The notes: generated by a model from the sequence alone, not told the origin. 64,000 nucleotides of DNA from Lachnoclostridium sp. (GCA_021770065.1 JAETRR010000012.1:207-64206), one strand, 5' to 3'; shown: positions 17,872 to 31,184, counted from the first letter of the stretch. Program-made: numbers and translations.

Positions 17872-19149
17872 TCATGACCTTCCCGACAGCATCTGGAGCA
17901 GCATCCAGTTTGCCCGAAAGGGACGCATCAGATTCCAGTATCCAATACCCAGAAATCCGTAGGAGATGGCCGTCCTAAGCTTAGCCTGGATGCTTCTCAC
18001 ATCCTCAAACCAGACTTCGTGAGTTACTCCGTCCCGTTCATAGGTATACCAGGGACTCTGGGCTGTCTCATCATACTGGACAGGAGCTCCGTTTACGGCC
18101 GCCCGACGGACAGCCTCTGCATTTCCAATTAGTTCGGCCCTGGACACCCCCCGTTCAAAAGGCAGACGCCAGTCATAGGCATAATTGGGAATTCCCATCA
18201 GAATTTTATCCCTCGGGATTTCCGTAACGGCGTAATCCAATACCTGACGGACTTTATTGAGGGGCGCTACTGCCATCGGCGGGCCATAAGTGTACCCCCA
18301 TTCATAAGTCATCAGAAATACCTGATCCGCGCTGGCTCCAAGGAGGCCGTAGTCCATCCCTTCGTAAAGGAGCCCCTGCTGCTCCCTTGAGGTCTTCGGC
18401 GCAAGAGCCACGGATACCTGGTATCCTTCCCGGTTCATTGCTTCACGAAGATTTCCCACAAAGGCTGCGTAGCCTTCCCGATCCTCCGGAAGAATATATT
18501 CAAAGTCCACGTCCACCCCTGCATATCCTGATTCTCTTACAGTTTCCAGGAGATTTTCAATTAAAACCTGCTGCATTTCCAGATCCTCGGACACTGCTTT
18601 TACCAGCTGATTGTTAAAGTTCCCCTGCTCGGAAAACGGAGTCAGGACAAGAATGGGCCGGACACCCATCTGCCATGCCAGAGAAATCATCCAATTTTCG
18701 GGTATCTGCGGCGGAATCAAGGTACCGGCCGTTGTAAAGCCGTAAGAAAAGATCAAAAGCTCATCAAGATACAGTAAAACCTCCCTCAAAACCGCCTCCT
18801 CAATAAAAGGATATGCGTAACCCGTCACAGTAAGATTACGCTCCTCCTGTCCCCGGTAGCGAATCACCAGGCTTTGTCCCGTTCTGAGGTAAGGCTGCTC
18901 CAACAGATAAGGATTCTTTTGATAGAGCTGTCTTGGCGTAATGCCATAAGACGCTGCAATTGCTTCTGCTGTCTCTCCCTCCGTTACCACATGAATCAGG
19001 GACGGAATTAAAATGAGTATTGCCATCCCTGCCGGGAGATAAGGAAGTTCTGACAGCTGATTGTCATAGATTAACCTCTGGGGAGATACACCAAACATAG
19101 CCGCAATACTTTCCGGTGTGTCTCCCGGTTGAACCACATAAATCTCCAT
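17872..19149 (-). CDS. LysM-LysM-GH18 spore cortex hydrolase-like protein (YaaH/SleL-like)
   Basis: It has two N-terminal LysM repeats (YVVQPGDTPESIAAMFGV and HVVTEGETAEAIAASYGI) and the GH18 motif GVDVDFEY. GGAGG precedes the ATG at 19149. Confidence 0.85.
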   Translation of the reverse strand: MEIYVVQPGDTPESIAAMFGVSPQRLIYDNQLSELPYLPAGMAILILIPSLIHVVTEGETAEAIAASYGITPRQLYQKNPYLLEQPYLRTGQSLVIRYRGQEERNLTVTGYAYPFIEEAVLREVLLYLDELLIFSYGFTTAGTLIPPQIPENWMISLAWQMGVRPILVLTPFSEQGNFNNQLVKAVSEDLEMQQVLIENLLETVRESGYAGVDVDFEYILPEDREGYAAFVGNLREAMNREGYQVSVALAPKTSREQQGLLYEGMDYGLLGASADQVFLMTYEWGYTYGPPMAVAPLNKVRQVLDYAVTEIPRDKILMGIPNYAYDWRLPFERGVSRAELIGNAEAVRRAAVNGAPVQYDETAQSPWYTYERDGVTHEVWFEDVRSIQAKLRTAISYGFLGIGYWNLMRPFRANWMLLQMLSGRS

Positions 19150-19161
19150 TTTTTTCCTCCA

Positions 19162-19315
19162 TTCCAGTTCCGTAATATCCTTCCGATACACCTTTGCCTA
19201 AATCAGCTTCCAGCCGTACAAACATACGTCTGTAAGCTGATTTGTGCATCGTCAGGATATTACTGTTTCCAGTTCCGTAATATCCTTCCGATACACCTTT
19301 GCCTAAATCAGCTTC
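19162..19315 (-). repeat. two perfect 49-nt direct repeats (19162..19210 and 19267..19315) plus the family-2 hairpin at 19255..19285
   Basis: TTCCAGTTCCGTAATATCCTTCCGATACACCTTTGCCTAAATCAGCTTC occurs twice with a period of 105 nt. GGATATTAC-N13-GTAATATCC overlaps the second copy. Confidence 0.85.
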
Positions 19316-19325
19316 TGTAATATCC

Positions 19326-19865
19326 TTACTGCATCATCCCTGCCAGCGCCACACTGGCGGCGATTCCTGCTGCCGTGGCGAGCAGGGCTCCTGCCAGCGT
19401 GTGGCGGGTCTTTCGCACCTTGGCCGTCATAAAGTAGACACTCATGGTATAAAATATGGTCTCCGTACACCCCATCATAATAGATGCAATCAGGCCCAGA
19501 CGAGAATCCGTTCCGTATTTCTGAAAAATATCCAGCGCCAGCCCCGTAGCCGCCGATGAAGAAAACATCCGGACAACAGCCAGCGGCACAAGCTCCGACG
19601 GGAAGTGAATCAAATCCGTCACACGGCTCAGCGCTCCGGACAGAAAGTCCAGAAATCCGGAGGCGCGGAGCACTCCCACAGCCACCATCAGTCCAATCAG
19701 TGTAGGCATGATCTGAATCACCGTCTGAAAACCGTCCTTCGCTCCCCGGACAAAATCATCGTAGACCGGGCGCTTCATAAGAATTCCATATGCAACTACA
19801 TAAAAAATCAAAAAGGGAACCAGTAAATCCGAAGTATAAAGAAGAATGCGAATTGCCGCCTGCAT
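19326..19865 (-). CDS. spmB: spore maturation protein B
   Basis: A 179-aa nucleoside-recognition-type membrane protein that aligns by eye with recalled B. subtilis SpmB (…VPLAVVRMFSSSAATGL…, …TETIFYTMSVYF…). Confidence 0.85.
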   Translation of the reverse strand: MQAAIRILLYTSDLLVPFLIFYVVAYGILMKRPVYDDFVRGAKDGFQTVIQIMPTLIGLMVAVGVLRASGFLDFLSGALSRVTDLIHFPSELVPLAVVRMFSSSAATGLALDIFQKYGTDSRLGLIASIMMGCTETIFYTMSVYFMTAKVRKTRHTLAGALLATAAGIAASVALAGMMQ

Positions 19866-19952
19866 GAGCCGACCCTCTGTAGAAATCTTATTTCTATTTT
19901 ATGAAGCCGGGATCGGGAATATTCTGCGGCATCGGATCCGAAAAGCCTGCTC

Positions 19953-20735
19953 TCATTTGTACCTCCTTCTCCGATACTCCCTGGGCGTCATGCGATGCAC
20001 CTCGCGGAACACCCGGTTGAAGGTACGCTGGCTCTCGAAGCCTGCGTCCATGCCGATCTCCGTGATGGTTCGATCCGTATATTCCAGCAGTTCGCAGGCA
20101 TAGGAGAGCCGGATTTCATTGATATACTGATTAAAATTTGTGTGAAAGGTTCCGGAAAATACCCGTGACAGCACGTACCTGCTGACCCCCAGATCCGAAG
20201 CCATCTCTCCCAGAGACATCGGCTCCCGGAAGCGGGAAGCCACATAGGCCACCGCCCGATCTACGATATCCCCGCTCCCCGGCTTTTCCCTCTCCCTGAG
20301 CGTAAGCAGGGGAATGGTTTTTGCCAGGAGAATCTGCACATACGCCCGGCCTGCAGCCGGCTCCTGAGACTGTGTAAGACATGCCACCGCATTGACAACC
20401 TCTTTGGACACCCGGTCTTTGGACAGCACCGGATTTTCCGGAACATATTTTGAAAGTTCCTCCCCAAAGACGCCGCACATCCCGGGATTCGCAATCAGGT
20501 AGCAGGCCCGGCCCGGTTTTTTGGAAAAGACCTGATAATGATGAATCGTATCCGGAAATACAATCCCCAAATCCCCTTCCTCCATATGGTAGAGTTCCCT
20601 TCCTGTTCCAAGTTCCAGACTTCCCTCTGTCACATAGACAAATTCCATCGCTCTGTGTAAATGGGGCGCCGTATGCTCCGGCTCCTTGTCAATGACACGG
20701 ATTTCTTCCTCTGCGGATTCATAAAAAGGATGCAT
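19953..20735 (-). CDS. AraC family transcriptional regulator (cupin plus HTH)
   Basis: It has an N-terminal cupin-like sensor and a C-terminal double HTH (…ITEIGMDAGFESQRTFNRVFREVHRMTPREYRR). Confidence 0.88.
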   Translation of the reverse strand: MHPFYESAEEEIRVIDKEPEHTAPHLHRAMEFVYVTEGSLELGTGRELYHMEEGDLGIVFPDTIHHYQVFSKKPGRACYLIANPGMCGVFGEELSKYVPENPVLSKDRVSKEVVNAVACLTQSQEPAAGRAYVQILLAKTIPLLTLREREKPGSGDIVDRAVAYVASRFREPMSLGEMASDLGVSRYVLSRVFSGTFHTNFNQYINEIRLSYACELLEYTDRTITEIGMDAGFESQRTFNRVFREVHRMTPREYRRRRYK

Positions 20736-20984
20736 TTTTCTTCCCTTTCTGCAAAAAATGTCTGCTTTTCGTTCTCATCCGGCACGTAATCCGCCCTTTT
20801 TTCTGCTATGATAAGTTCACACAGAGAGAAAGGAGGATTTCCATGAACCGAATCAGAAATTTTATAAATGAGCTTCTTGATTTTTATGCGGACTATTTCA
20901 GCCATGTATATCATGCTTAAAAACCCCGGATTTAAAAAGGCATTGCCCTATAGCCGTATTCTCTACAGGACAATGCCCCTATTC

Positions 20985-22373
20985 TTATCTTATCCAGTAT
21001 GTATTATCCGTCTGCTGCTTCTCCTGTCTCAGCTTCTCATTGGCAGCTTCTACATTCATCCCGGAAAGCACCAGAGTAATTACCAGATTGATAATCAGCG
21101 GAATCCACAGATACATAAAATAGAGCATCTGCATACAGGATTCCGGCTGAACAGCCAGATTCTTGTCAAATCCGCTTGCGGCAAGCAGCCAGCCTGCAAT
21201 GGCTGTTCCAAGGCCTCCGCCCAGCTTTACCCCCAGTGAAGTACAGGAGTACATGGTTCCGTCCACCCGCTTCCCCGTTTTCAGATAGGTATACTCGGAG
21301 CAGGAGGCAATCACTGCATTCATATCCCCCTGCCAGGGTCCCTGCCCGAAGGCTGCGATTCCCGTAAAGAGCAGCATCAGAGGAACACTGCCCAGATAAC
21401 CTGCTATAACCACCATACCCCTTCCAAAGGTGCCCAGCATATAGCCCCTCAGATTCAGCTTATACATGCCTTTCCACCTGGCTACCAGCGTCGGCGTAAA
21501 CACCAGTGCGGCAATCAGCGGAATATTCATGGCCCATGAAAATACGCCGTACAGATTTTCATTTCTCAATACATAGGTCATATAATAGATGCCCATATTC
21601 AACATGGCCGTGTAGACCTGCTGAAGAATATACACCGCACAGATCATCAGATAAAATCGGTTTGAGGCCAGAAGCCCCGCGGCCGTGGCGAGCCCATACT
21701 TTTCCTCCGGCCTGCGCTCCTCTGTCTCCTCATTCAGCTCTTCCTCCGGAAGCTCCTTTACGGAGAGGACTGAGACGGTATTGACGATCAGACCAATCAG
21801 CGCATAGATAATGGCAGTCGTTCTCCATCCGGCCGCACCGCCGCCGCAGGCAGCTACCGCCCGGATGGTAACGGACTGAATCAGCAGGCTTGTGCCGAAT
21901 GCAAAGATGAACCTGTAAGATCCCATCTGTACACGCTCCTTGCTGTTTTTTGTTACAAGGGCGGTCAGGGCTGAGTAGGCTATGTTGTTGGCCGTATAGA
22001 ACACCGCGTTTAAGAGGGTGTAGGCAATAAAGAACCATGCATACTGAGCCGTTTTCCCCAGTTCCAGAGGGATGGCGAAAATGGCGGCCAGCGTAACGGC
22101 GCAGCCGATATAACCGTAGAGCATCCAGGGCCTCGCTTTTCCGAGCCTGCTTTTCGTCTTGTCAATCATGGCCCCGAAAAAGATGTCCGTCACTCCGTCA
22201 AAAAGCTTGGAAGCCGCGATCAGTGTTCCGACCACACCGGGATGAAGTCCTACGGTGTTGGTGAGGTAAATCATTACAAAGGAGGATAGGAATGCATATA
22301 CCACATTTCCTGCAATATCTCCGGAACCATATCCCACTTTGTTGTACCATTTTAAATACGTTTTTTCCTGCAT
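20985..22373 (-). CDS. glycoside-pentoside-hexuronide (GPH):cation symporter family transporter
   Basis: A 12-TM protein. YGSGDIAGNVVYAFLSSF and DGVTDIFFGAMIDKTKSRLGKARPW are typical of MelB/LacS-type carriers. Confidence 0.88.
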   Translation of the reverse strand: MQEKTYLKWYNKVGYGSGDIAGNVVYAFLSSFVMIYLTNTVGLHPGVVGTLIAASKLFDGVTDIFFGAMIDKTKSRLGKARPWMLYGYIGCAVTLAAIFAIPLELGKTAQYAWFFIAYTLLNAVFYTANNIAYSALTALVTKNSKERVQMGSYRFIFAFGTSLLIQSVTIRAVAACGGGAAGWRTTAIIYALIGLIVNTVSVLSVKELPEEELNEETEERRPEEKYGLATAAGLLASNRFYLMICAVYILQQVYTAMLNMGIYYMTYVLRNENLYGVFSWAMNIPLIAALVFTPTLVARWKGMYKLNLRGYMLGTFGRGMVVIAGYLGSVPLMLLFTGIAAFGQGPWQGDMNAVIASCSEYTYLKTGKRVDGTMYSCTSLGVKLGGGLGTAIAGWLLAASGFDKNLAVQPESCMQMLYFMYLWIPLIINLVITLVLSGMNVEAANEKLRQEKQQTDNTYWIR

Positions 22374-22543
22374 AAACTGCTCCTTTCTATTTTAGATCCG
22401 CACCGCCTGAGCGGTGCTGCCTGGAACAATTGTTTTCATCTCCCTTACCCTGGTATCCGGTTCCGGATTCTGCATGCTTAAGATACCCGGGCCGGGAAAT
22501 GATGTTCCTTTATTCTGCTGCAATTCACAAAGTGAATTGTAAC

Positions 22544-25618
<3,075 letters not shown>

Positions 25619-25805
25619 TTAATTTCTCCGTTCTTCTTATCTTAATCCTTATTATAGTGATCCGCATACAAAACGTCCATAGACTGCATTAGACAAAACA
25701 TGCACAAAATGATACAATTATTACAAGCATCTCTGTTCATCACAGGAAGCGCCAAACGGATATGAGCCTGCGGCTCTAAATTATAAAAAGGAGGCTGACT
25801 GCAGT

Positions 25806-26675
25806 ATGTATATTAATTCCGCATATTTAAATAATTCATTGGTGGATTTCCAGGATAAGAGCAGGCCCCTTGTAGTGGGAAGCTGCGGAACGTATCATTT
25901 ATATACCAGGCCGAAGCTTCCTACCTATCGCCCCAAGGGACGGCTGGATTTTCAGCTACTGTACATTGCTTCGGGTATTGCGCATTTTTATTTTGATAAT
26001 GAGGAAAAAGACACGATTGTACCGGCCGGACATATGGTGCTCTACAGACCTAAGGAGCCCCAGCGGTATGTGTATTACGGAAATGAACAGACGGAAGTGT
26101 ACTGGGTACACTTCACCGGAAGCAGTGTAAAAAAGATTCTTGCGGGCTATGGCATCACAAATAATATGCGTGTGCTTCCCACCGGAACCTCTCTGGACTA
26201 TGCCCGGATTTTCAAACAGATGATTTATGAGCTGCAGCGGTGCCAGACTCACTACCCGGAGATTTTAACCCTGCTGCTCAGGCAGCTTTTTATTCTGATT
26301 CACCGGCAGCTTACCAGAGACCATACACGGAAAAACGATTATCTGGAAGAAGAAATGGCTCTTGCCATGCAGTTTTTTAATGACAATTATAATACAGAAG
26401 TGAATATTGAGGAGTACGCTTCCGCCAGGGGCATGAGTGTGAGCTGGTTTATCCGCAGCTTTAAGCAGTATACGCACACCACGCCCATGCAGTATCTTGT
26501 ATCGAGACGCATTACCAATGCACAGATGCTGCTGGAGACGACAAATTATAATATTACAGAAATCGGACAGATTGTGGGATATGACAACCCCCTGTATTTC
26601 AGCCGGATCTTCCGCAAACAGAAGGGTATGTCGCCTTCGGATTACCGGAAGCTCGGACAGGCAGCAGAAAAGTAA
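25806..26675 (+). CDS. AraC family transcriptional regulator, divergent from lacZ
   Basis: It has a cupin-like N-domain and a C-terminal HTH (…ITEIGQIVGYDNPLYFSRIFRKQKGMSPSDYR). Confidence 0.88.
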   Translation: MYINSAYLNNSLVDFQDKSRPLVVGSCGTYHLYTRPKLPTYRPKGRLDFQLLYIASGIAHFYFDNEEKDTIVPAGHMVLYRPKEPQRYVYYGNEQTEVYWVHFTGSSVKKILAGYGITNNMRVLPTGTSLDYARIFKQMIYELQRCQTHYPEILTLLLRQLFILIHRQLTRDHTRKNDYLEEEMALAMQFFNDNYNTEVNIEEYASARGMSVSWFIRSFKQYTHTTPMQYLVSRRITNAQMLLETTNYNITEIGQIVGYDNPLYFSRIFRKQKGMSPSDYRKLGQAAEK

Positions 26676-26696
26676 TTTTTCACCCATATCACTGCT

Positions 26697-27650
26697 TTAT
26701 GCCCGTGCCGTAAACACTTGTCTTCTTCCGGACAAATAACTTCCGGGGGTCTTTGCCATATTCGATATCTGCTCCAGGAAAAGGCTGATCTGCAGACTTT
26801 TGTTATCCTGAAGCTTTGCCTGAACAGATGCGAGAAAACTCTCCTTGCTTGAGGTATCGGCTCCGGCAAAGGTCTGATTGAGCTCTGCCTTCTGAAGCTT
26901 CTCGTACTGCTCCTCCTGTTTCTTTTTATAATTCTTTTTGTTGTTGTTGATGAGAAGCAGATTTTTGATGGCCCATCGAACGGAAAAAAAGGCCGCCTCC
27001 ACGTCTTGGGAGTTTTCTTTCAGCTTCTGATAAGTCTCATAGTCCTTAGGCGCTTTCATTTTCATGGCATAGAGAAATTCCTCCGAATGATTCTCATGCA
27101 CATAGCCGTCCCCGTCTATCTGTATGACATTCTTTACCTGGTATTCCATCTCGCAGGCGCTCACACGTGTCCCCTTTGTGCCAATCCTGGCAATGGTTCG
27201 CATGGCTTCCATAAAGGAGGATTTCGTCCTGTCGTCCATAAATTGATCCGCCAGATACTGTGCCTTTTCCACCCCCAGGCCGATTTTGGCCAGACGATCC
27301 GCTTCCTCCAGGCCGTGGACGTTATGGGGGAGAAAATCATCCCGGATAATCCGGTAGACATCGTCCTTTAATTCCTGGCTTTTTTCCTTCAGTGCATCGG
27401 TGACTGCATTGTCGATCCGGGCATAACCCGTATAGAACGGTCTCACCGGTCCTGTTTCAATCACCACAGGGCGGCGTTCCACGGGCGCGCCGGGAGCGGT
27501 ATCCGCAGGAAGCGACAGGGGCTCTTCGTTCATGGGCTTCCGGGACTGGAATTGTTCTCTTATCTTTGCATCCTGTTCCGGGGAAATCTGCTCCCTCCAG
27601 GGACGGATTGGCTGGGACGGTGCGGAATGAAAGCAGGTACAGTTTATCAT
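26697..27650 (-). CDS. hypothetical protein
   Basis: A 317-aa ORF with AAGGAGG 8 nt upstream of the ATG at 27650. I recognise no motif. The C-terminal third is K/E/N/Q-rich. Confidence 0.55.
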   Translation of the reverse strand: MINCTCFHSAPSQPIRPWREQISPEQDAKIREQFQSRKPMNEEPLSLPADTAPGAPVERRPVVIETGPVRPFYTGYARIDNAVTDALKEKSQELKDDVYRIIRDDFLPHNVHGLEEADRLAKIGLGVEKAQYLADQFMDDRTKSSFMEAMRTIARIGTKGTRVSACEMEYQVKNVIQIDGDGYVHENHSEEFLYAMKMKAPKDYETYQKLKENSQDVEAAFFSVRWAIKNLLLINNNKKNYKKKQEEQYEKLQKAELNQTFAGADTSSKESFLASVQAKLQDNKSLQISLFLEQISNMAKTPGSYLSGRRQVFTARA

Positions 27651-27786
27651 AGAGGATGCCTCCTTTTGTTGAAAACAGCTTTTGAAGGTAAGTTTTTGCA
27701 GGTATTTATCCGTATATTAGATTTATCGGCCGGCCGGGGAGACATCATAATCTATTTAAAAACAATATTTAAAAAGCGAAGAGGCT

Positions 27787-28425
27787 TTACACTCTCCGCC
27801 TCCCGTCCATCACTTTACAATAAACAACCGCAGCCGCTGTGCTCACCATAGTCGCTGCAATTGCCGGTCCGACGATCGCTGCCGGATTTACGCTGCCATA
27901 CTGGCTCCGGTAGGCGATGATATTCACCGGGATCAGCTGCAGGGACGAGATATTGATAATGAGAAAGGTACACATCTCATTGCTCGCCGTTCCTTTCGGT
28001 ACAGGCGGACGGATACCTCTGCCGCCCGTATGCGCCGCTCCATTTTTTCTCCGTTCCTCCTCCAGTTCCTCCAGCGCCTCCATGGCTTTGAGCCCTGCCG
28101 GTGTTGCCGCCCAGCCCAGCCCGAAGATGTTGGCAATAATATTGGTGGTTATGTACTCTCTTGCTTTGTGTCCTTTGGGAATCCCGGGAAACATAAAGCT
28201 GATAAAAGGCTGCAGCTTTCCTGCTGCCTGGCGGATCATTCCGCTCTTCCGGGCAATCTCCATAAGACCTACCCACAGAGACATCACGCCGGTCATAGTG
28301 ATGCACAGGCTCACCGCATCCTTGGCAGAATCAAGGGCCGCTGTTGTCAACTCCGGAAGCCTTCCCTGAAATGCTCCGTATACAATTCCTATGAGCAGCA
28401 TCACTCCCCATAAATAATTTAACAT
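27787..28425 (-). CDS. spmA: spore maturation protein A
   Basis: Aligns by eye with recalled B. subtilis SpmA (…LWVGLMEIARKSG…, NIFGLGWAATPAGLKAME…). Confidence 0.85.
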   Translation of the reverse strand: MLNYLWGVMLLIGIVYGAFQGRLPELTTAALDSAKDAVSLCITMTGVMSLWVGLMEIARKSGMIRQAAGKLQPFISFMFPGIPKGHKAREYITTNIIANIFGLGWAATPAGLKAMEALEELEEERRKNGAAHTGGRGIRPPVPKGTASNEMCTFLIINISSLQLIPVNIIAYRSQYGSVNPAAIVGPAIAATMVSTAAAVVYCKVMDGRRRV

Positions 28426-28659
28426 TTTACACCGTTTTTTCTCCTTTTACGATCAATATATTCTCTTGTGTCCCGTCCCATGTTTTAAAGGAATATTTTT
28501 CTTAATTTTCCACATTTTTTGCACTTTTCAGCAAATTTTTCCACCTAATTTATTTTTAACTTTTGCGCAATATTTGTAAAAATTCCTATTGGAATCTTGC
28601 GGACTTTTTGTTATACTAACAAACAAGAACGTGCTACTATCGCAGAAGGAGGAGACACA

Positions 28660-28914
28660 ATGAAAAATACCGGAGTAGTTAGAAGGCTAGACGAACTGGG
28701 ACGTATCACGCTTCCAATGGAATTGAGAAAAGTGTTTAACATTGAAGAACGTGATTCTCTCGAAATTTATGTTGAAGATGACAAAATCATTTTAAAAAAG
28801 TATGCACCAACGGATATTTTCACAGGAGAACGGGAGGATCTGATCGAATACCGCGGTAAGATGGTATCCAGAAAAACTATCGAGGAGCTTGCAAAGCTTG
28901 CTGAACTGATTTAA
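28660..28914 (+). CDS. abrB: AbrB family transition-state regulator
   Basis: MKNTGVVRRLDELGRITLPMELRKVFNIEERDSLEIYVEDDKIILKKY is the SpoVT/AbrB swapped-hairpin domain. AGGAGGAG precedes the ATG at 28660. Confidence 0.92.
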   Translation: MKNTGVVRRLDELGRITLPMELRKVFNIEERDSLEIYVEDDKIILKKYAPTDIFTGEREDLIEYRGKMVSRKTIEELAKLAELI

Positions 28915-28970
28915 ATATCCGTAGTCTGAAAAACAATTTTATTGAGCTGCTGATTTTTTACATAAGTACA

Positions 28971-29001
28971 GACCGGGCCCACAGCTGTGGAGCCCGGTTT
29001 T
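28971..29001 (+). terminator. intrinsic terminator after abrB
   Basis: ACCGGGC (28971..28977) pairs with GCCCGGT (28991..28997) and is followed by a short T-run (the stem's final T plus TTTT, to 29001). Confidence 0.7.
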
Positions 29002-29020
29002 TCCGGCCATAACCAAGTCT

Positions 29021-29866
29021 CTATTCCCTCTCCAGCAGCTCCTGGTAAATATCCCTGCGGGATACCCCCCGATCCCTGGCTGCCAGCCGCATGGCCTCCT
29101 TATGCGTATATCCCTGTTCCTCATAAAGCTTCATATGTTCCTCAAGGCCCAGCTCCTGCCAGGCCTTCTTCTGCTCCTCCCGTATCTCCTCCGCCTTCCT
29201 TCCCTCAATAACCAGCACGCATTCTCCCCTGGGCTCTTCTCCCTCATAATATTGAACTGCCTGCTGAAAATCTGTCCGGAACGCCGTTTCATACTTCTTC
29301 GTAAGTTCCCGGCAGACGGTCAAGCGCCGGTTGCCCAGGAGTTCATAAAGCTCCTTTAATGTCTTTCTAAGCCGGTGCGGCGCCTCATAGATAATAATGG
29401 TTCTCGTTTCTCCCTGCAGCTCCTTCAGCACAGCCTGCCGCTCCTTTTTGTCTGCGGGAAGAAAAGCCTCAAATGCAAAGCGTCTGGTACTTAAAGCTGA
29501 GAGTGTCAGCGCCGTAATACAGGCAGAAGCTCCCGGAAGGGAAGTTACTTCAATTCCCTCCTCCACGCACATTTTCACCAGCTCTTCCCCGGGATCGGAG
29601 ATTCCCGGCGTTCCGGCATCCGTGATCAGGGCAATGTTCTTTCCCTGCCGAAGCTTTGCAATCAGCTCTCTTCCTTTTTCATGCTTATTGTATTCATGGT
29701 AGCTGGTCATAGGCGTATGAATCTCAAAATGATTCAGAAGCTTTATACTGTTTCTTGTATCCTCCGCCGCAATCAAGTCCGCTTCCTTTAAAGTCCGAAG
29801 CACCCGGAGGGTAATATCTTCCAGATTTCCAATGGGTGTGGCGCATAAATATAATTTTCCCTGCAT
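29021..29866 (-). CDS. rsmI: 16S rRNA (cytidine1402-2'-O)-methyltransferase RsmI
   Basis: The tetrapyrrole-methylase-fold N-terminus LYLCATPIGNLEDITLRVLRTLKEADLIAAEDTR is typical of RsmI/YabC. Confidence 0.92.
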   Translation of the reverse strand: MQGKLYLCATPIGNLEDITLRVLRTLKEADLIAAEDTRNSIKLLNHFEIHTPMTSYHEYNKHEKGRELIAKLRQGKNIALITDAGTPGISDPGEELVKMCVEEGIEVTSLPGASACITALTLSALSTRRFAFEAFLPADKKERQAVLKELQGETRTIIIYEAPHRLRKTLKELYELLGNRRLTVCRELTKKYETAFRTDFQQAVQYYEGEEPRGECVLVIEGRKAEEIREEQKKAWQELGLEEHMKLYEEQGYTHKEAMRLAARDRGVSRRDIYQELLERE

Positions 29867-29869
29867 CCT

Positions 29870-31111
29870 TTAATCCTCACTCAAAAGCCCTTCCTCCGTG
29901 TAAGAGCACTTTGCATTCCACAGCAGCCATTCCTCACAGCCGCTGTCATAGACTGCCTGTATCTGCTCCCGGATCTGCTCTCCTCCATAGCTCTGGTGGT
30001 GAGAAATCCAGACAGCCGTAAAATCCTGGAGCCATGGCCGTACAGCCGCCCTGTGCTCTCCCTCCGGAATCCTGTTAAGAACCTCCTCCGAGGCCCTGAG
30101 CGCCGCCGCAACCGTCTCATACGGCATTAGATCCGGGTGTTCGATGCCATACACTCCGTCGCGGTAGTGAGAAGGATAGACCATGGGACAGATATAGTCG
30201 AGATGCCTTGCCATGGCCCCGTAATCCTGCCCCACAAGGGCCGCATCATTCTCATTGTCAATCACGGTTCCAAATACATCCGCCGATACCTGTACTCCGA
30301 GAGGAGAAAGCTTTTCATAGGCGTATGCCGTAAATTCGGTAATAATATCCGTTTTGGATTTTCCCCGGGCCTCTGCTCCATAATCCGCTTCCCCGTCGGT
30401 AATCTCTGTAGGAAAACGGATATAGTCAAACTGAATCTCGTCAAAACCTGCCCGGGCGGCCTCCCTTCCCAGATCTACGAGATATTCCCATACCTCTCTT
30501 TTGTAAGGATTCACCCAGGCCAGACCGTTTTTATCCCGAAAGACTGTACCGTCCTTTCTGCGGATGCACAGCTCCGGATGCTTGTCGGCCAGCAGGGGAT
30601 CTTTAAAGGCAACGATTCTGGCAATCAGATAAAGATCCTGTTCCTTCAGGCGATCTTTAAGCTCCGGCAGATCCCGTATATATGCCGTACCGGCACCCAG
30701 TTCTTCCACTGTGGGCTGGTTCATCTTATACGTAACAATGCCCTCGTCATTTTTAATGTCAATCACCATGGCGTTAAGCTCCGTATCTGCCGCAAGCTGC
30801 TCCCGATCCGCCATTCCCTCATGGCCCGCCATGGGGCCGGTGATATAGATGCCTTTCACCTTCGGCAGATCCTTCTGCGGCGTCTCCGGCTCCGGAGCCT
30901 CGTCCGGGGCTTCCGGCATTTTCTGTTCCGGCTGTTTTGGCATTTCAGGTTCTGCCTGTTCATCGCCTCCGGCTGCCTCTTCCGTTTTCTCCGCCTCCGG
31001 AACGGCCTGTTTTACGGCCGGCACCTCTGCTTCCGGCTGTCTCACTCGTCCGGCCATAAGCACTATCAGAAGCAGTGTTAAGGCCGGCACAAGAATTTCT
31101 GCTTTCTTCAA
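29870..31111 (-). CDS. putative glycoside hydrolase-like TIM-barrel protein (DUF4015-like), membrane anchored
   Basis: It has an N-terminal TM and a P/E-rich linker, followed by KGIYITGPMAG...NAMVIDIKNDEG...FDEIQFDYIRFP, which I recall from the DUF4015 family. The start is TTG at 31111 with GGAGGA upstream. Confidence 0.7.
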   Translation of the reverse strand: MKKAEILVPALTLLLIVLMAGRVRQPEAEVPAVKQAVPEAEKTEEAAGGDEQAEPEMPKQPEQKMPEAPDEAPEPETPQKDLPKVKGIYITGPMAGHEGMADREQLAADTELNAMVIDIKNDEGIVTYKMNQPTVEELGAGTAYIRDLPELKDRLKEQDLYLIARIVAFKDPLLADKHPELCIRRKDGTVFRDKNGLAWVNPYKREVWEYLVDLGREAARAGFDEIQFDYIRFPTEITDGEADYGAEARGKSKTDIITEFTAYAYEKLSPLGVQVSADVFGTVIDNENDAALVGQDYGAMARHLDYICPMVYPSHYRDGVYGIEHPDLMPYETVAAALRASEEVLNRIPEGEHRAAVRPWLQDFTAVWISHHQSYGGEQIREQIQAVYDSGCEEWLLWNAKCSYTEEGLLSED

Positions 31112-31184
31112 TCCATTTCCTCCGCCCGGCAGGCAGGCACGCCTGCGCAGCCCCTGTTTCTTTCCCTAATTGCCGTATATACCA

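Noticed and set aside
28426-28659. Spo0A boxes in the abrB promoter region, as known for B. subtilis abrB.
   Set aside because: I found a plausible promoter (TTGGAA-17-TATACT) but no TGTCGAA/TTCGACA match in this interval.
30137-31081. A 314-aa plus-strand ORF.
   Set aside because: It is antisense to the DUF4015-like gene. Its composition is R/L/F-rich and shadow-like.
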